A stretch of 63,765 bases of DNA, filler included, from Octopus bimaculoides (Eukaryota): assembly GCF_001194135.2 (NCBI RefSeq). It is 4 parts of 4 records of this genome, joined end to end, with 100 filler letters (N's around TTAATTAATTAA, not from the genome) between each part and the next. Parts side by side here need not be neighbours in the genome. Positions count along the whole stretch, not along the records: positions 21,585 to 32,962 come from NC_068997.1; positions 33,063 to 62,221 come from NC_069008.1; 2 more parts are not named here. One strand, written 5' to 3'. This document shows, in pieces, positions 25,451 through 37,639 of the stretch. A model generated the notes under the pieces. That model was not told the origin of the DNA. It was given only the letters and a program-made list of their open reading frames with translations, and did no database searches. How positions within the stretch are numbered: position 1 is the first letter of the stretch; every line of letters begins with the position of its first letter. The translations under genes were made by a program, and so were the position numbers.

Positions 25451-25936
25451 GGAAGCTTATTTTATAAGAACAATAACGGTATAATATCCAAGAGGAGAAA
25501 ATAATGCGGGTTTCAACCAAACGATGTATTAAGTGAAAACGTACAATAGCCAACATCATGGAAGTCAGATGTTTGAAAAGAAGTTTGTATTGTCCGTTTT
25601 TCTACAGTTCAGTCACTTAGTGCCAAATTTGCGAAGAAGTACGAATATATTGGACATCTATTAAACAGTCCGAGACAAAATATCTTATAGCTTTCTTTTG
25701 CTTTCGTATCTCGCTTTTCTGTGTTCATATCCTACAAGACATTAACTTGGTGCTTCGTCCTTTCTGATTAAATGAAATAAGTGCCACTAACTAATTATAT
25801 TAGTTTATTTAATTGACAATATTGCCTGCCATGTAAATATAATTGTCAAAGAAATTTTATGTTAATCAGATTTTTCAACAAATTACTTGAAACTTTGATA
25901 ACGACATGTTTTGATGTGCATTAAAATATATGTAAC

Positions 25937-25984
<48 letters not shown>

Positions 25985-26383
25985 CATATACATATAAAGG
26001 GCAAATTTCGCCATTCTCGGTAGATTGAATAAATAGATGGACAACCTTTATCGATTTCCGAACTGTATTGGGTTCCCATCAGAAGTGTTTATATCAATTC
26101 AACCAATTCCAGGAACCTGTTTATATACTCAACATATCCAGGAGCTACAGCAGAACTGGGGCTGCCGATTTGCATACCGTACGTGTTTAATACTTTATTT
26201 GGTGCTGCTTTGGCGTGTACAGGGGAGATTATTTTAGGTTAATTTAGTAGTTCGTTTTTCAATTTCTAGAAACCCGTAAGATGTTGGCTAAAGATTTTCA
26301 CAATGTGATCAGCGACGAGACAAAGGCAATTACATTTTGTACCAGAAACCAGCACTAAATTCAGATCATTTCTTAAGAAAAAG

Positions 26384-26521
26384 AAGGGTGCCACTTTGGC
26401 GTGTGATCTACAATTTAAAGGGAGATTACTTTAGGTTAGTTTTTATAGATTTTATTATTTAAATCAGTATAATAGAAAAAAGTAATCTCCCTTGTAGATC
26501 ACACGCCAAAACAGCACCCTT
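26384..26521. mobile_element. Short MITE-like inverted repeat
   Basis: Arms ~26384-26432 and ~26479-26521 around an AT-rich spacer. Confidence 0.6.
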
Positions 26522-26536
26522 TATTTTATATATGTG

Positions 26537-26745
26537 ACTTAGTGGTTAGGGTGTTGGACTCATGATAGAAAGATTATGGTTTCAATTCCTGGACCGGGCG
26601 ACACGTTGCATTCTTGAGCAAAACACTTCATTTCACGTTGCTCCAGTCCACTCAGCTGGCAAAAAGAGCGGAATCCTGTCATGGACTGGCGTCCCGTCCA
26701 GGTGGGGAACGGAAACCGGGAAATCGACCCTATCAGTCTGATAGG
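26537..26745 (+). mobile_element. tRNA-derived SINE (family C)
   Basis: A/B-box head GTGGTTAGGGTGTTGGACTCATGA..TTCAATTCC plus TCTTGAGCAAAACACTTCATTTCACG body. Confidence 0.75.
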
Positions 26746-28869
26746 AACTTTACTTTCCTGAAATACTTTTACTCGTTCAATATGAGGGAATGCTTATTTA
26801 AAACTCATCTTCATTACACTTATTTAGTTTGTCAAAGTTAATATTCTTCAGCCAGATTAAGAAAACTTTGATTAAAATCACCATAGATATGTCCAGCATG
26901 GATCTGTTTCACCGAATACGGTGCTGTAAGCCAGCTTGCCAGGACGAAATGATGGTTTCGCCATTCAGTCTTCCCGTATTTCTTTTATGACTTCATTGTT
27001 CTGCTGGTCGGCGGTCAGCAATCTCTCATGCTTTTTCTCGGTCCTTGTTCTCTCGTTGTTGGAGCTGGGGACCGTTTTGGCCACTTTGGACGGTAAACAT
27101 AAACATCTGACCTTCAGAATTTTAAAACAAAAAAGAAATGACACATTTAGTAAGAAACTGTTCGATCATTCGATATAGACAAGTGACTAGTACGTCGTTC
27201 ATCTGTGGCCAACGAATGCTTTTCACCTATCTGATTGGGAACCTTGCCTATTGCCAAAACTGAGACTACTTTATCCAGAATACCTTCGAATTGTTATTGC
27301 ATTACACAATAGTGGTACCAGCGCATCAGCTGATGAAGCCACCTGTTAACGAATTGATGCCTGTAGTTTTACGAATGTTACTAGATGTCAGCCAGACACA
27401 CTGAGTACGTGTGATATCAAGGTACGGGGTTCCGTGCATAATGGGGAATATCGTAGATTCGTTTGAGCAAACACATATCATTTATACTTTCAGTGACTGA
27501 TGCCTCTAGCTTTGCAATACAAGTAGAACATGGGAAAACCTCACCATATACTTCTAAATAGCAACACTTTGTGTTTTAACCCGTAGCATCGGAGACTACG
27601 GGCGTATATGGTTCAACAACCGTGAAACAACTGAAGAAAACTGCAAATGACGGGTCGAAGTAAATGTCGACATTTTGCCTCTTTTTTTTTTTTTTGTCTT
27701 GTGAACGACTTCAATGTTTATAATATGAGGGAGCACAGCAAGAATAATAAGTTAGAAAATTACTACTTTTAAATCCCACAACGAGAGATATTCAGTAAAA
27801 GTACTTTGTAGTAAAGATTGTTTGCCAACATAAGATGGCAATCCTGGTTTAAGATAAATGTTGCTGTAATTTAGCCCCAGGAGATATCGTCTCCATCTGA
27901 CTATATGACACGATCTGTCTCCTTATATTTTCGAACAAGGGAATCTAGTACCCCAACTCAGCTCAAAACAATATCTGTGTATGGCGATTTCCGGGTTATT
28001 TCCCATCATCAGCACAGAAAAATTGTTCGGCTAGATACAAACAAGAGATACTTTGGAAACAAGCAAGAACACATCATTTGAAAAGATTTTATTTTTTTCC
28101 CCAATGTCAATAAATCGATAATAGCTTATGGAAAATATTAAATATTTCCCATAAATAGTATTGTTTTACCTATTTCTTTTCCTGGCACCGCATATACTGA
28201 AGAGAAAGCTTCACGTTGTGAAGAGTTTACTAAGCAAGATATTCGTGAATATTGCTATGAATTTTGTAAGAATAGATTCTCTTTAGAGCAAGAAGTTTTC
28301 ACACTCAAAGAAATCCACGAACAAACAAAAACAAAAGAAAAACACAAACTATTAATGCGAAATATGTGGAAAATATTTTGTCCATATCAGTTATTTTCCA
28401 AATAGTTATCTATAATCGCAATAAAGAAACTGACTGTTGCCATCCATTTTGTATGTGAGAATAATTTCAATTTTGTTTGCTGAGACGTTGTTAGATGAGG
28501 AAAATAAAAGAGAAAAATACAGAATATCCATAACTACGGTTGGTCGAGTATACCTGAGACGGAGAGATGTTTCCCAGGTGTAGGCATTATGGTCTCCATT
28601 GTTATCAGAAAATCGTTTCCTTTGTTCGTATCATCTCTATGTGGATTCCAATTCACAACCACCCCCTCGTGTCTGTCTGTCTGTCTCTCTCCCTCTCTCT
28701 CATTCTCTCTCCCTTCAATGTGTAGAATCAAAGCATACTTAAAGACGCTGAAGAGAAAAACATTTTTTACACCTTTTCACAGAACATGGAGGAAAACTAC
28801 AAAACTATTTTTCGGTTTATAATACCACCTCCACCACCAAAACCACCACCACCACCACTAGTAGTAGTG

Positions 28870-28909
<40 letters not shown>

Positions 28910-29194
28910 AAAAAGCAAATGGATGCCCAAGAAATATAGGATTATTGAGAAGGACAGTGTAGAGAAAATTTTAAGCTCTGAGCGACGGGACACCGCAAAA
29001 TGGTTTTGATTCTCAGCTGGGTGTTACACATTATTTACTTATGGAAAAATATAAAGGTTACAGTTTTCGTTTTGTTCCAGGAAAAAGTAATATAACAGCA
29101 CCACTATCTACTGTTGGCTGACGTGAAAAGATACAGGCACTGAACATGCTGAGCTCACAATGCGGTTTCGTTTCTCGGTGGAACCCAACTCGAC

Positions 29195-29992
29195 GCTCTT
29201 TGTTGAAATCTTTTATTTGTTTCAGAGATCAGACTGCGGTCATGCTGGGGCACCGACTTTGAAGAATTTTAATGGAATGAATCGACCCCAGTACTTAGCT
29301 TTCCCTTTTAAGTATGGTACTTATTCTATCAGTCCTTTTTTGTCGAACCGCTAAGATACAAGGACGTAATCAATACTCAGCGGTTAACAAGCGAGTTCCA
29401 GATCAAGCGAGTCTTTAAGGATCCTTACCCGCTCTACTATGCAAAGCATGCATCGTCTGCTCCTGTTTATGTAGGACTCCAGTTGCGTTATGACCCTCCA
29501 TTTAATTCCGTATGGAGTTCCGTCATCCTTAAGATACCACACGTGGCTGGCCCGGGACGTAACGTAACGTCTTTCCGGAACCCTAAAAGAAGACCTGTGG
29601 TTATACAGGCGCTGTTTAAAGGCCGTTCCAGTCGACCCGATATATTTCCGAACTTGAGTGCTGGTTGTGTTCACGCCTCTGGTGTATGTATCTTCAGTTG
29701 GCTCCGGGCCTGGAGTTGTTGTTGCCGCTGCTGTTGGTGGAGCTGTCATCGGTATTGTTATTACAAGGCGTGGGTCCGGCAATAAATGTTGCCGTTCCAC
29801 TAGTTATATATATACGTGTGTGTGTATGTGTGTATATGATGGGCTTCTTTCAGTTTCCGTCTACCGAATCCAAGTCACAAGGCTTTGTTCAGCCTGAGGG
29901 CTAGAAAAAAAATCTCTTACCCAAGGTGCCACGCAGTGGGACTGAATCTGGAACCATGTGTTTGGGAAGTAAACTTCTTAGCACATATCCAC
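29195..29992 (-). mobile_element. SINE family B split by a Penelope fragment
   Basis: 3' half at ~29195-29395 and 5' half at ~29795-29992, both matching 46882-47250. Confidence 0.75.
29395..29790 (-). mobile_element. Penelope-like element GIY-YIG endonuclease fragment
   Basis: KYIGSTGTAFKQRLYNHRSSF..SHVWYLK..IKW..RCMLC in ORF 29384-29800. Confidence 0.8.
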
Positions 29993-30164
29993 AAGTAAGT
30001 TTGAAGATTTACGTCTAAAAAAAACCCCCAAAAAACAGCGATGTGTGACGAAGGGAGAAAGAGGCGAAGAGAAAAAGAAAGAGGCAGGGAGGGAGAGAGA
30101 GAGAGAAGAAGAAGAAGAAGAAGAAGAAGAAGACGAAAAGAGATAAAAACGAGATATAGAGTAA

Positions 30165-30207
<43 letters not shown>

Positions 30208-31143
30208 AAACAAGTTCAGATAAGAGTGAAAAAGAAAAGAAAGAAAAAGAATGAAGAGACGACGCAAGAATGGANNNNNNNNNNNNNNNNNNNNNNNNNN
30301 NNNNNNNNNNNNNNNNNNNNNNNNNNNNNNNNNNNNNNNNNNNNNNNNNNNNNNNNNNNNNNNNNNNNNNNNNNNNNNNNNNNNNNNNNNNNNNNNNNNN
30401 NNNNNNNNNNNNNNNNNNNNNNNNNNNNNNNNNNNNNNNNNNNNNNNNNNNNNNNNNNNNNNNNNNNNNNNNNNNNNNNNNNNNNNNNNNNNNNNNNNNN
30501 NNNNNNNNNNNNNNNNNNNNNNNNNNNNNNNNNNNNNNNNNNNNNNNNNNNNNNNNNNNNNNNNNNNNNNNNNNNNNNNNNNNNNNNNNNNNNNNNNNNN
30601 NNNNNNNNNNNNNNNNNNNNNNNNNNNNNNNNNNNNNNNNNNNNNNNNNNNNNNNNNNNNNNNNNNNNNNNNNNNNNNNNNNNNNNNNNNNNNNNNNNNN
30701 NNNNNNNNNNNNNNNNNNNNNNNNNNNNNNNNNNNNNNNNNNNNNNNNNNNNNNNNNNNNNNNNNNNNNNNNNNNNNNNNNNNNNNNNNNNNNNNNNNNN
30801 NNNNNNNNNNNNNNNNNNNNNNNNNNNNNNNNNNNNNNNNNNNNNNNNNNNNNNNNNNNNNNNNNNNNNNNNNNNNNNNNNNNNNNNNNNNNNNNNNNNN
30901 AAGTGATCCAACCGTGATCGTCCCGTCTTTTTTTTTTCTTTCTTTTTTTCTTTAGGAATTATCTAAGACTACACTGGCTAATGTTTTCGTCCCTTTTAAG
31001 ATGGTAGGGTATGTGATTCGAAGTAGATTTAGCTGCTATTTCTTGCAACCAGGTTGCGTCTCACACGTTGGCTCCGTGTCAGGACAGTGTTTATGTTGTA
31101 TGTAGTAAATATATTGGTATGTCAGTCTTAGGTAGACACCCAG

Positions 31144-31175
<32 letters not shown>

Positions 31176-31384
31176 TGTGTGTGTTCTTATGCCTATGTAT
31201 AACTAAGTATATGTCTATGTATGTGTAGGTATATACATGTTTGTGTGTACGTGTGTATATATAATGCTTCATATTAACTCTCACATATGTATGTATGAAT
31301 AGACAACACACGCGCGCGCACATAGTGGCGTCACTAAGTTTGGAGATAATTAGCGTTAATTGTTTCCGTTTATCTAATTACTAA

Positions 31385-31458
<74 letters not shown>

Positions 31459-31619
31459 TCACTCTCCATCTATCTATCTATCTATCTATCTCTGGGGTAA
31501 TGGGAGGACGGAGTGTGTGAATTACAACAGAATATTTTAAAACTGTTTTATGTAGATTTCTTTATTAAAATTCTAAACTAACATCATGGAATTACGGGTC
31601 GGGTAGTATTGAGAAAGCT

Positions 31620-31920
31620 GGTGAAGACTCGTGGCCTAGTAGTCGAGGTGTAGCACTTACGATCACCAGATCGTACGTTCGATTCCCGGACCGAGCAGCG
31701 CATTGTGTTCTTGAGCAAAACCCTTCATTTCAAGTTGCCCCAGTCCACTTAGCTGTAAATGGCGAACCCTGCAACGGAATAGCCTTCCAATCAGGAGGAA
31801 ATGCCGGCTTGCTCACTTAGCCAGCAGGGGCGGCAACATCCGAAAGCTAAAACAATAGGGAGCGCATTGTGATCAGCGCGGTATAACAACATCCAATTGT
31901 CTGATCGATCATGCGATTAA
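31620..31920 (+). mobile_element. tRNA-derived SINE (family C)
   Basis: B-box GTTCGATTCC; body matches 26537-26745. Confidence 0.65.
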
Positions 31921-32183
31921 TAAAATCTGCAATGAACTTCACGTAATTCAATTAAAACTTATTTTTAACAAGTAAACTAACAAGTCAAGAGATAAAAGCA
32001 GTATTCATTCTGACAAGTAGTGTTTAACACCACCTAGATACGGCTGTCCCCTTGGAACCAATGATACTGCTATTTTTAACCCCAGGAGGACATCTTCCCC
32101 AGCTAGTTATGCACTCTTCACTCGATATATATATATATANNNNNNNNNNNNNNNNNNNNNNNNNNNNNNNNNNNNNNNNNNTA

Positions 32184-32962
32184 CTAGCAGAGATACTTGG
32201 CATTGCTCGGGAATAAAATGGCATAGTTATGTTGAAAGATGTGATACGGGAAAGTGCCACATTGAAGACGAAACATTTGTGGAATAAATGATGGGCTAAT
32301 TCGACTAAGCGGCACGTCATGCGTCCGTTTGGAGGATTCCAAGTCTTAACCTGTGATGGAAAATTGGTGGTGGTCGTGGTGGGAGGGAGGGATTGGATTT
32401 TTGAATGCACTGAAAAGTTGTCTGTGGACATATTCTCCTTGGCGGGGGTCGGTACTGCATCTAACACGACTCATCGTATGGTTGACAGTCGAATGAATTT
32501 TAGGTGTAATGGAGATATTGTACGTACATGGATACATTCCAGAAAGGGGCTGCAATGGGAGACGACAACCGGAAAGTGAACTGTTGAAATGTTGCAGAAG
32601 GCGAAGGGTTGACATTGGATTTCTGGTGTGGCTGTAGAATAAGAAACACAAACTGAACCTATGCAGTCACATGAGAATATGCAGTAATGAATTACTTGAA
32701 AAAATAAAGTGTAATGGCTTACCGTGTGGTTGGTGGGAGTGATTGGAGAATATGCTTTGATACTCAATAACATTACTGGAATTCCCACTTTAAGTTCCAA
32801 TCTGTGGGGAAGTAGTCCTAGAGGATCCAATGAATTGAGGAATTCTGTTGGATAATTTATCACCTCTTCTGGATCTGTGATTGTATCAACTGACTTATAA
32901 ATACGAGGGTTCTCAGGAAGGGACTGCAGTAGCTGCTCATTAATTCTACTTGCACTGCTGTT
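32184..32962 (-). mobile_element. Helitron 3' remnant with PIF1 helicase fragments
   Basis: YPTEFLNSLDPLGLLPHRLELKVGIPVMLL and VALSRITS; 3' end hairpin followed by CTAG at 32184-32187. Confidence 0.8.
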
Positions 32963-33006
32963 NNNNNNNNNNNNNNNNNNNNNNNNNNNNNNNNNNNNNN
33001 NNNNNN

Positions 33007-33018
33007 TTAATTAATTAA
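33007..33018. other. Artificial scaffolding linker
   Basis: 44 N + TTAATTAATTAA + 44 N. Confidence 0.95.
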
Positions 33019-33169
33019 NNNNNNNNNNNNNNNNNNNNNNNNNNNNNNNNNNNNNNNNNNNNCATGGAAAGCAGACGTTAAACGACGATGATGATGATGA
33101 TGATGAAGTAGAGATGCATATCACAGAAGGACAAAAAAAGGGTTCCTTTTACACATTAAAATATGGTAG

Positions 33170-33575
33170 TGTGAACAGGCATAGCAGTGTGGTAAGAAGC
33201 TTGCTTCCCAACCACATGGTTTTGGGTTCAGTTCCACTGCATGGCACCTTGGGCAAGTGTCTTCTACTATTGCTTCAGGCTGACCAAAGCCTTGTGAGTA
33301 GACCTGGTAGATGGAAACTGAAAGAAGCCCATCATGTATGTGTATGTGTGTCTTTTCTTCTGCATGTCCCCTCCCCCATCACCACTTGACAACCAGTGTT
33401 GGTGTTATTATGTCCCCATAACTTAGCAGTTCAACAAAAGGCACTGATAGAATAAATACAAGGTTTAAAATAAAGTAAGTCCTGGTGGTCGGTTTGTTCA
33501 ACTGAAACCCTTCAAGGTGGTGCTCCAGCATGATCACAGTTAAATGACTGAAACAAGTAAAAGAAGAGAAGAAGA
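33170..33575 (+). mobile_element. SINE family B, full length
   Basis: GTGGTAAGAAGCTTGCTTCCCAACCAC head, CCTTGGGCAAGTGTCTTCTACTAT core-like segment, conserved tail. Confidence 0.8.
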
Positions 33576-33675
33576 AAAATTACATTTGACTGAGTAATAC
33601 GAATGTGAAAAGATTAAGATGTGACTAAAGTAATTCCATTTGTAAGAATCCAGTCAATATATCTATCATACACAG

Positions 33676-33708
33676 ATTAACTGAGGAGACAGAAATATAT
33701 ACTGCAAG
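33676..33708 (+). other. Candidate non-coding exon (or exon end) of ZNF-A
   Basis: Strong donor CAAG|GTGAGA at 33708/33709; possible acceptor CACAG| at 33675. Confidence 0.35.
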
Positions 33709-33835
33709 GTGAGAAATGGTAATTTATCAAGGGACTTTGAAGGAAGAATATTTTGGATACCATAATGAATAGATTTTATTTTGTTTTTGTATCTGGTTTG
33801 AAGATTCTTTATGTGAATTCATGTGTTGAAGCAAA

Positions 33836-34102
33836 TTATGTTGTCTGAGGAGAATCGTATTGTCTTAATGCTTTATCTAACACACTCACTGGTTTGATTT
33901 CAATTCATTTATTTTTTATATATTTTTTCTTCCAAAATTTTTGTTGCCTTTTGCAAAGAGTCAACATTCATTGACAAGGTTGCAAAAGGCAACAAAAATT
34001 TTGGAAGAAAAAAATATAAATGATAAATGAGTGGAAATCGAACCAGTGAGTGTATTAGATAATAAGGCATTAAGACAATATGACCCTCCCCAGATACAAC
34101 AT
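33836..34102. repeat. Long near-perfect inverted repeat (~120-bp arms)
   Basis: 33836-33956 versus the reverse complement of 33980-34102; inner GTCAA/TTGAC stem with CATTCA loop. Confidence 0.9.
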
Positions 34103-34321
34103 AATAGATTTTATGAGAATGGGAAGAGTTATGTTAAAAATATTGCTCTTTTTGAATAATAAGTTCTACCACTGGCCAAAGTCCATTTGTGTAAAGTGGG
34201 AAGAATGTAATTTATTGAAGCAACTATTGTTGGCTTTCATATTTGACTGGTATAAATTTTGTGTGTAAATGGATATTGGCAGATATGTTTACTTGTTGAA
34301 GTAAAAGTTTCTATTTACAGT

Positions 34322-34715
34322 TTAGTTGTTGTTGTTGGCACTCCGTCGCTTACAACGTCGAGGGTTCCTGTTGATCTGATCAACGGAACAGCCTGCTCGT
34401 GAAATTAACGTGCAAGTGGCTGAGCACTCCACAGACACGTGTACCCTTAACGTAGTTCTCGGGGATATTCAGCGTGACACAGTGTGACAAGGCTGACCCT
34501 TTGAATTACAGGCACAACAGAAACAGGAAGAAAGAGCAAGAGAAAGTTGTGGTGGAAGAGTACAGCAGGGTTCACCACCATCCCCTGCAGGATGCCTCGT
34601 GGAGCTTTAGGTGTTTTCGCTCAATAAACATTCACAACGCCCGGTCTGGGAATCGAAACCGCGATCCTATGACCGCGAGTTCGCTGCCCTAACCACTGGG
34701 CCATTGCGCTTCCAC
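34322..34715 (-). mobile_element. tRNA-derived SINE (family D) with (CAA)n tail
   Basis: Head TGGCCCAGTGGTTAGGGCAG..GGTTTCGATTCC on minus strand; highly similar to 41570-41925. Confidence 0.85.
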
Positions 34716-34789
34716 ACAGTTTAGTAATGGAGAAATATAGTAACATTTCTGTTGCTTGATCTTGACTTTTTAAATAACCTCTGTAATGT

Positions 34790-34815
34790 ATGTTTTTTCT
34801 CTATATTGTTTCAGA
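34790..34815 (+). promoter_or_regulatory. Putative splice acceptor of the ZNF-A coding exon
   Basis: Pyrimidine tract TTTTTTCTCTATATTGTTTCAG| ending at 34814. Confidence 0.6.
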
Positions 34816-35034
34816 ATATCATCTGACATTGGAAGGAGAAAATGTTTAACTTCAGATTTATCATCAACATCATGTTTTAAAGACAAAAAGAAACTATTAC
34901 ACACAAGACCTATAACCTGTCTATTTACATTTCTGATGAATTATGGTGAAATATGTCTTTCTGAACTGGGATCGTTAACAAAATTTCACACATAATTAGA
35001 CTTGAAAACAAAGGGGTTTTTTTTTCCTGAGGAG

Positions 35035-36066
35035 ATGCTGAAAGATATAGAAATGTCATCATATCATTGTGATATATGTAAAAAGATATTCTATCACAAA
35101 AATAAACTCAGTACTCACAAATGCATTCATACCAGAGAAAATCCACATCACTGTGATATTTGTGGTAAATCATTCTCTCAGAAGGGTAGCTTAAATAAAC
35201 ACAAATACATTCATACTAGACAAAATCCATATCCCTGTGATATTTGTGGTAAATCTTTTTTCCAGAAGGGTAACTTAACTAAGCATAAATATATTCATAC
35301 AGGAGAGAAACCATATTGTTGTGATATCTGTGGTAAATCATTCTCTGAAGGAAGTCATTTAACTAGACACAAACGTATTCATACAGGAGAGAAGCCATAT
35401 CACTGTGATATCTGTGGTAAATCATTCTCTCAAAATGGTGACTTAAATACACACAAATATATTCATACAGGGGAGAGACCGTATCACTGTGGTATCTGTG
35501 GTAAATCATTCTCTCATGCCGGTAACTTCACAACACACAAATATACTCATACAGGAGAGAAACCATATTGTTGTGATATCTGTGGTAAATCATTCTCCCA
35601 GAAAGGCAGCTTAACTTCACACAAATATATTCACACAGGAGAGAAACCATATCACTGTGATATCTGTGGTAAATCATTTTCACAGATAGGTAGCTTAACC
35701 ACACACAAATATATTCATTCTGGAGACAAACCATATCAGTGTGATATCTGTGATAAATCTTTTGCAAAATGTTATCATTTAACTACTCACAAACGCATTC
35801 ATACTGAAGAGAAACCATATCATTGTGACATCTGTGGTAAATCATTCTCTATCAGAAGCCACTTAACTACTCACAAATATATTCATGCAGGAAACAGACC
35901 ATATCACTGTGATATATGCGGTAAAAGCTTCTCTCGGTCAAGTAACTTAACTACTCACAAACGAATTCACACAGGAGAAAAACCATATTGCTGTGATACA
36001 TGTGGGAAGTCCTTCTCTCAGAAAAGTACCTTAACTACACATGTACGCATTCATATAAATGAATAA
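35035..36066 (+). CDS. C2H2 zinc-finger protein ZNF-A, 12 tandem fingers, no effector domain
   Basis: Uninterrupted ORF; first in-frame ATG at 35035 (second at 35053); repeats of [12 protein letters not shown] with TGEKP-type linkers. Confidence 0.95.
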   Translation: MLKDIEMSSYHCDICKKIFYHKNKLSTHKCIHTRENPHHCDICGKSFSQKGSLNKHKYIHTRQNPYPCDICGKSFFQKGNLTKHKYIHTGEKPYCCDICGKSFSEGSHLTRHKRIHTGEKPYHCDICGKSFSQNGDLNTHKYIHTGERPYHCGICGKSFSHAGNFTTHKYTHTGEKPYCCDICGKSFSQKGSLTSHKYIHTGEKPYHCDICGKSFSQIGSLTTHKYIHSGDKPYQCDICDKSFAKCYHLTTHKRIHTEEKPYHCDICGKSFSIRSHLTTHKYIHAGNRPYHCDICGKSFSRSSNLTTHKRIHTGEKPYCCDTCGKSFSQKSTLTTHVRIHINE

Positions 36067-36321
36067 CTATAGAATGTCAAATATTATTCTATGGAACCAT
36101 TATCTTATATAGCCATGAGTGAATCTATACAAGTACAAAATCATAACAGTGTGATAACTTTCAAATGTGTTATGATGACGTATTTCGTTATCTCTGCAGG
36201 ACTGGCCCAAACAGCATGCCTTGCTGAGTGTATTTCTTTATTGGCCACACAGAAGGGACAGCATAAGGATAGACAATACAATACAAAGTGGGGACATAAA
36301 ACATAAATGAATGAATTATAT

Positions 36322-36327
36322 AATAAA
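36322..36327 (+). terminator. Candidate poly(A) signal AATAAA of ZNF-A
   Basis: Hexamer ~256 nt after the stop codon, abutting the Helitron end. Confidence 0.35.
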
Positions 36328-37318
36328 CTAGCAGAAATACCCAGCTTTGCCCGGGTTAAAGAGAATAATGAAATCTAAAAACGCCGTCTAGACTATGCAA
36401 CCCTCAACTATTAGTAGCTATGATACCATATTTCTACATTAATAACTCTCCAATCCATGCCAGCATGGAACATAGACATTAAGTGGAATGCCAGTCTCTC
36501 ATCTAGGAAGGCCTTGAAATGAATGTTACCAACTGGGGACTATGTGTGTCGCAGTGATAATAAAATGACTCAAAGGAGGTCTGCAACGAAATAATTTTAC
36601 TCAACACTTTGCAAGTGAATCAGTGGAGGCAAAGATGAGTCTCATTTACTTNNNNNNNNNNGTGTGATGGGTGTATATATGTATAGATATCTGTATGCAT
36701 GTATATATATGTATATGTGTACATATTACATGTACATCTATATATATATACATCTACACATATGTATACATATGCATGTATGCATATAGATCTATATCTA
36801 TATATATATCTATGCATATACGTGTACATATACATATACATCTCTCTCTCTCTCTGAAAGTATCTGTCATTACAGTATCGAAATGTGATTGTTTCAGTTA
36901 GTGGAATAACGTGTACATATACATCTATATGTATACATATACATCTATATGTATACATATACATCTCTCTCTCTCTCTTTTTCTCTCTGTGAAAGTATCC
37001 GTCATTACAGTATTGAAATGTGATTGTTTCAGTTAGTGGAATAGTTTTATTTTTAAAGTGAAAGTATTTGACATGAGTGTTTTTGTTTCACTTTTGACAC
37101 GTAATACTTAAATAGTGGAGGAGATATTATGTTGCCGTGGGCTCGAACTCTGCAAGAAGTTAAAATTTTTTTTTTACTAAAACACAACTGGAACCCTAAG
37201 TTAGGCATGTGTAAAATTTGAATGAAAATGGTTGCGTAGTTCTCGAGTTTTAGGGATTCACACACACACACAGACAGACAGACAAACAGACACACATTCT
37301 CATTTTTATATATATAGA
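36328..37318 (-). mobile_element. Non-autonomous Helitron
   Basis: 5' TC at 37318-37317 after A; 3' GC-rich hairpin (36340-36355) and CTAG (36328-36331) before T; internal microsatellites and a ~135-bp tandem duplication. Confidence 0.7.
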
Positions 37319-37639
37319 TGGTGAAATGGCCACCTGAGCCCTACTCCCCAGTGGTTACATTTAACTTTTTTTGATGTTATAACTTTTTATCTGTTTTTGT
37401 TATATGATATTAAAATTTACTTACATTTTTTTACCAGTTTGTATATGATGTTAATTCTTCATAGTCTACAACTGGAGGTAGGGTATCATACTCCACCTCC
37501 AGTCCTAATGGCTCACTGTTCGAACCAAATAATTCCATCAATTTAGCATGTCTTTCCCTGTCTATCAGTATGCATTTTGTGTTTTCTGTGTATTCTTCTG
37601 CCAGCAATTTAACTCTAATCACTGATTCAAACTTCGCTC

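Noticed and set aside
35002-35034. TTG start given for ZNF-A (similarly 44920 for ZNF-B)
   Set aside because: Eukaryotic locus with good in-frame ATGs just downstream
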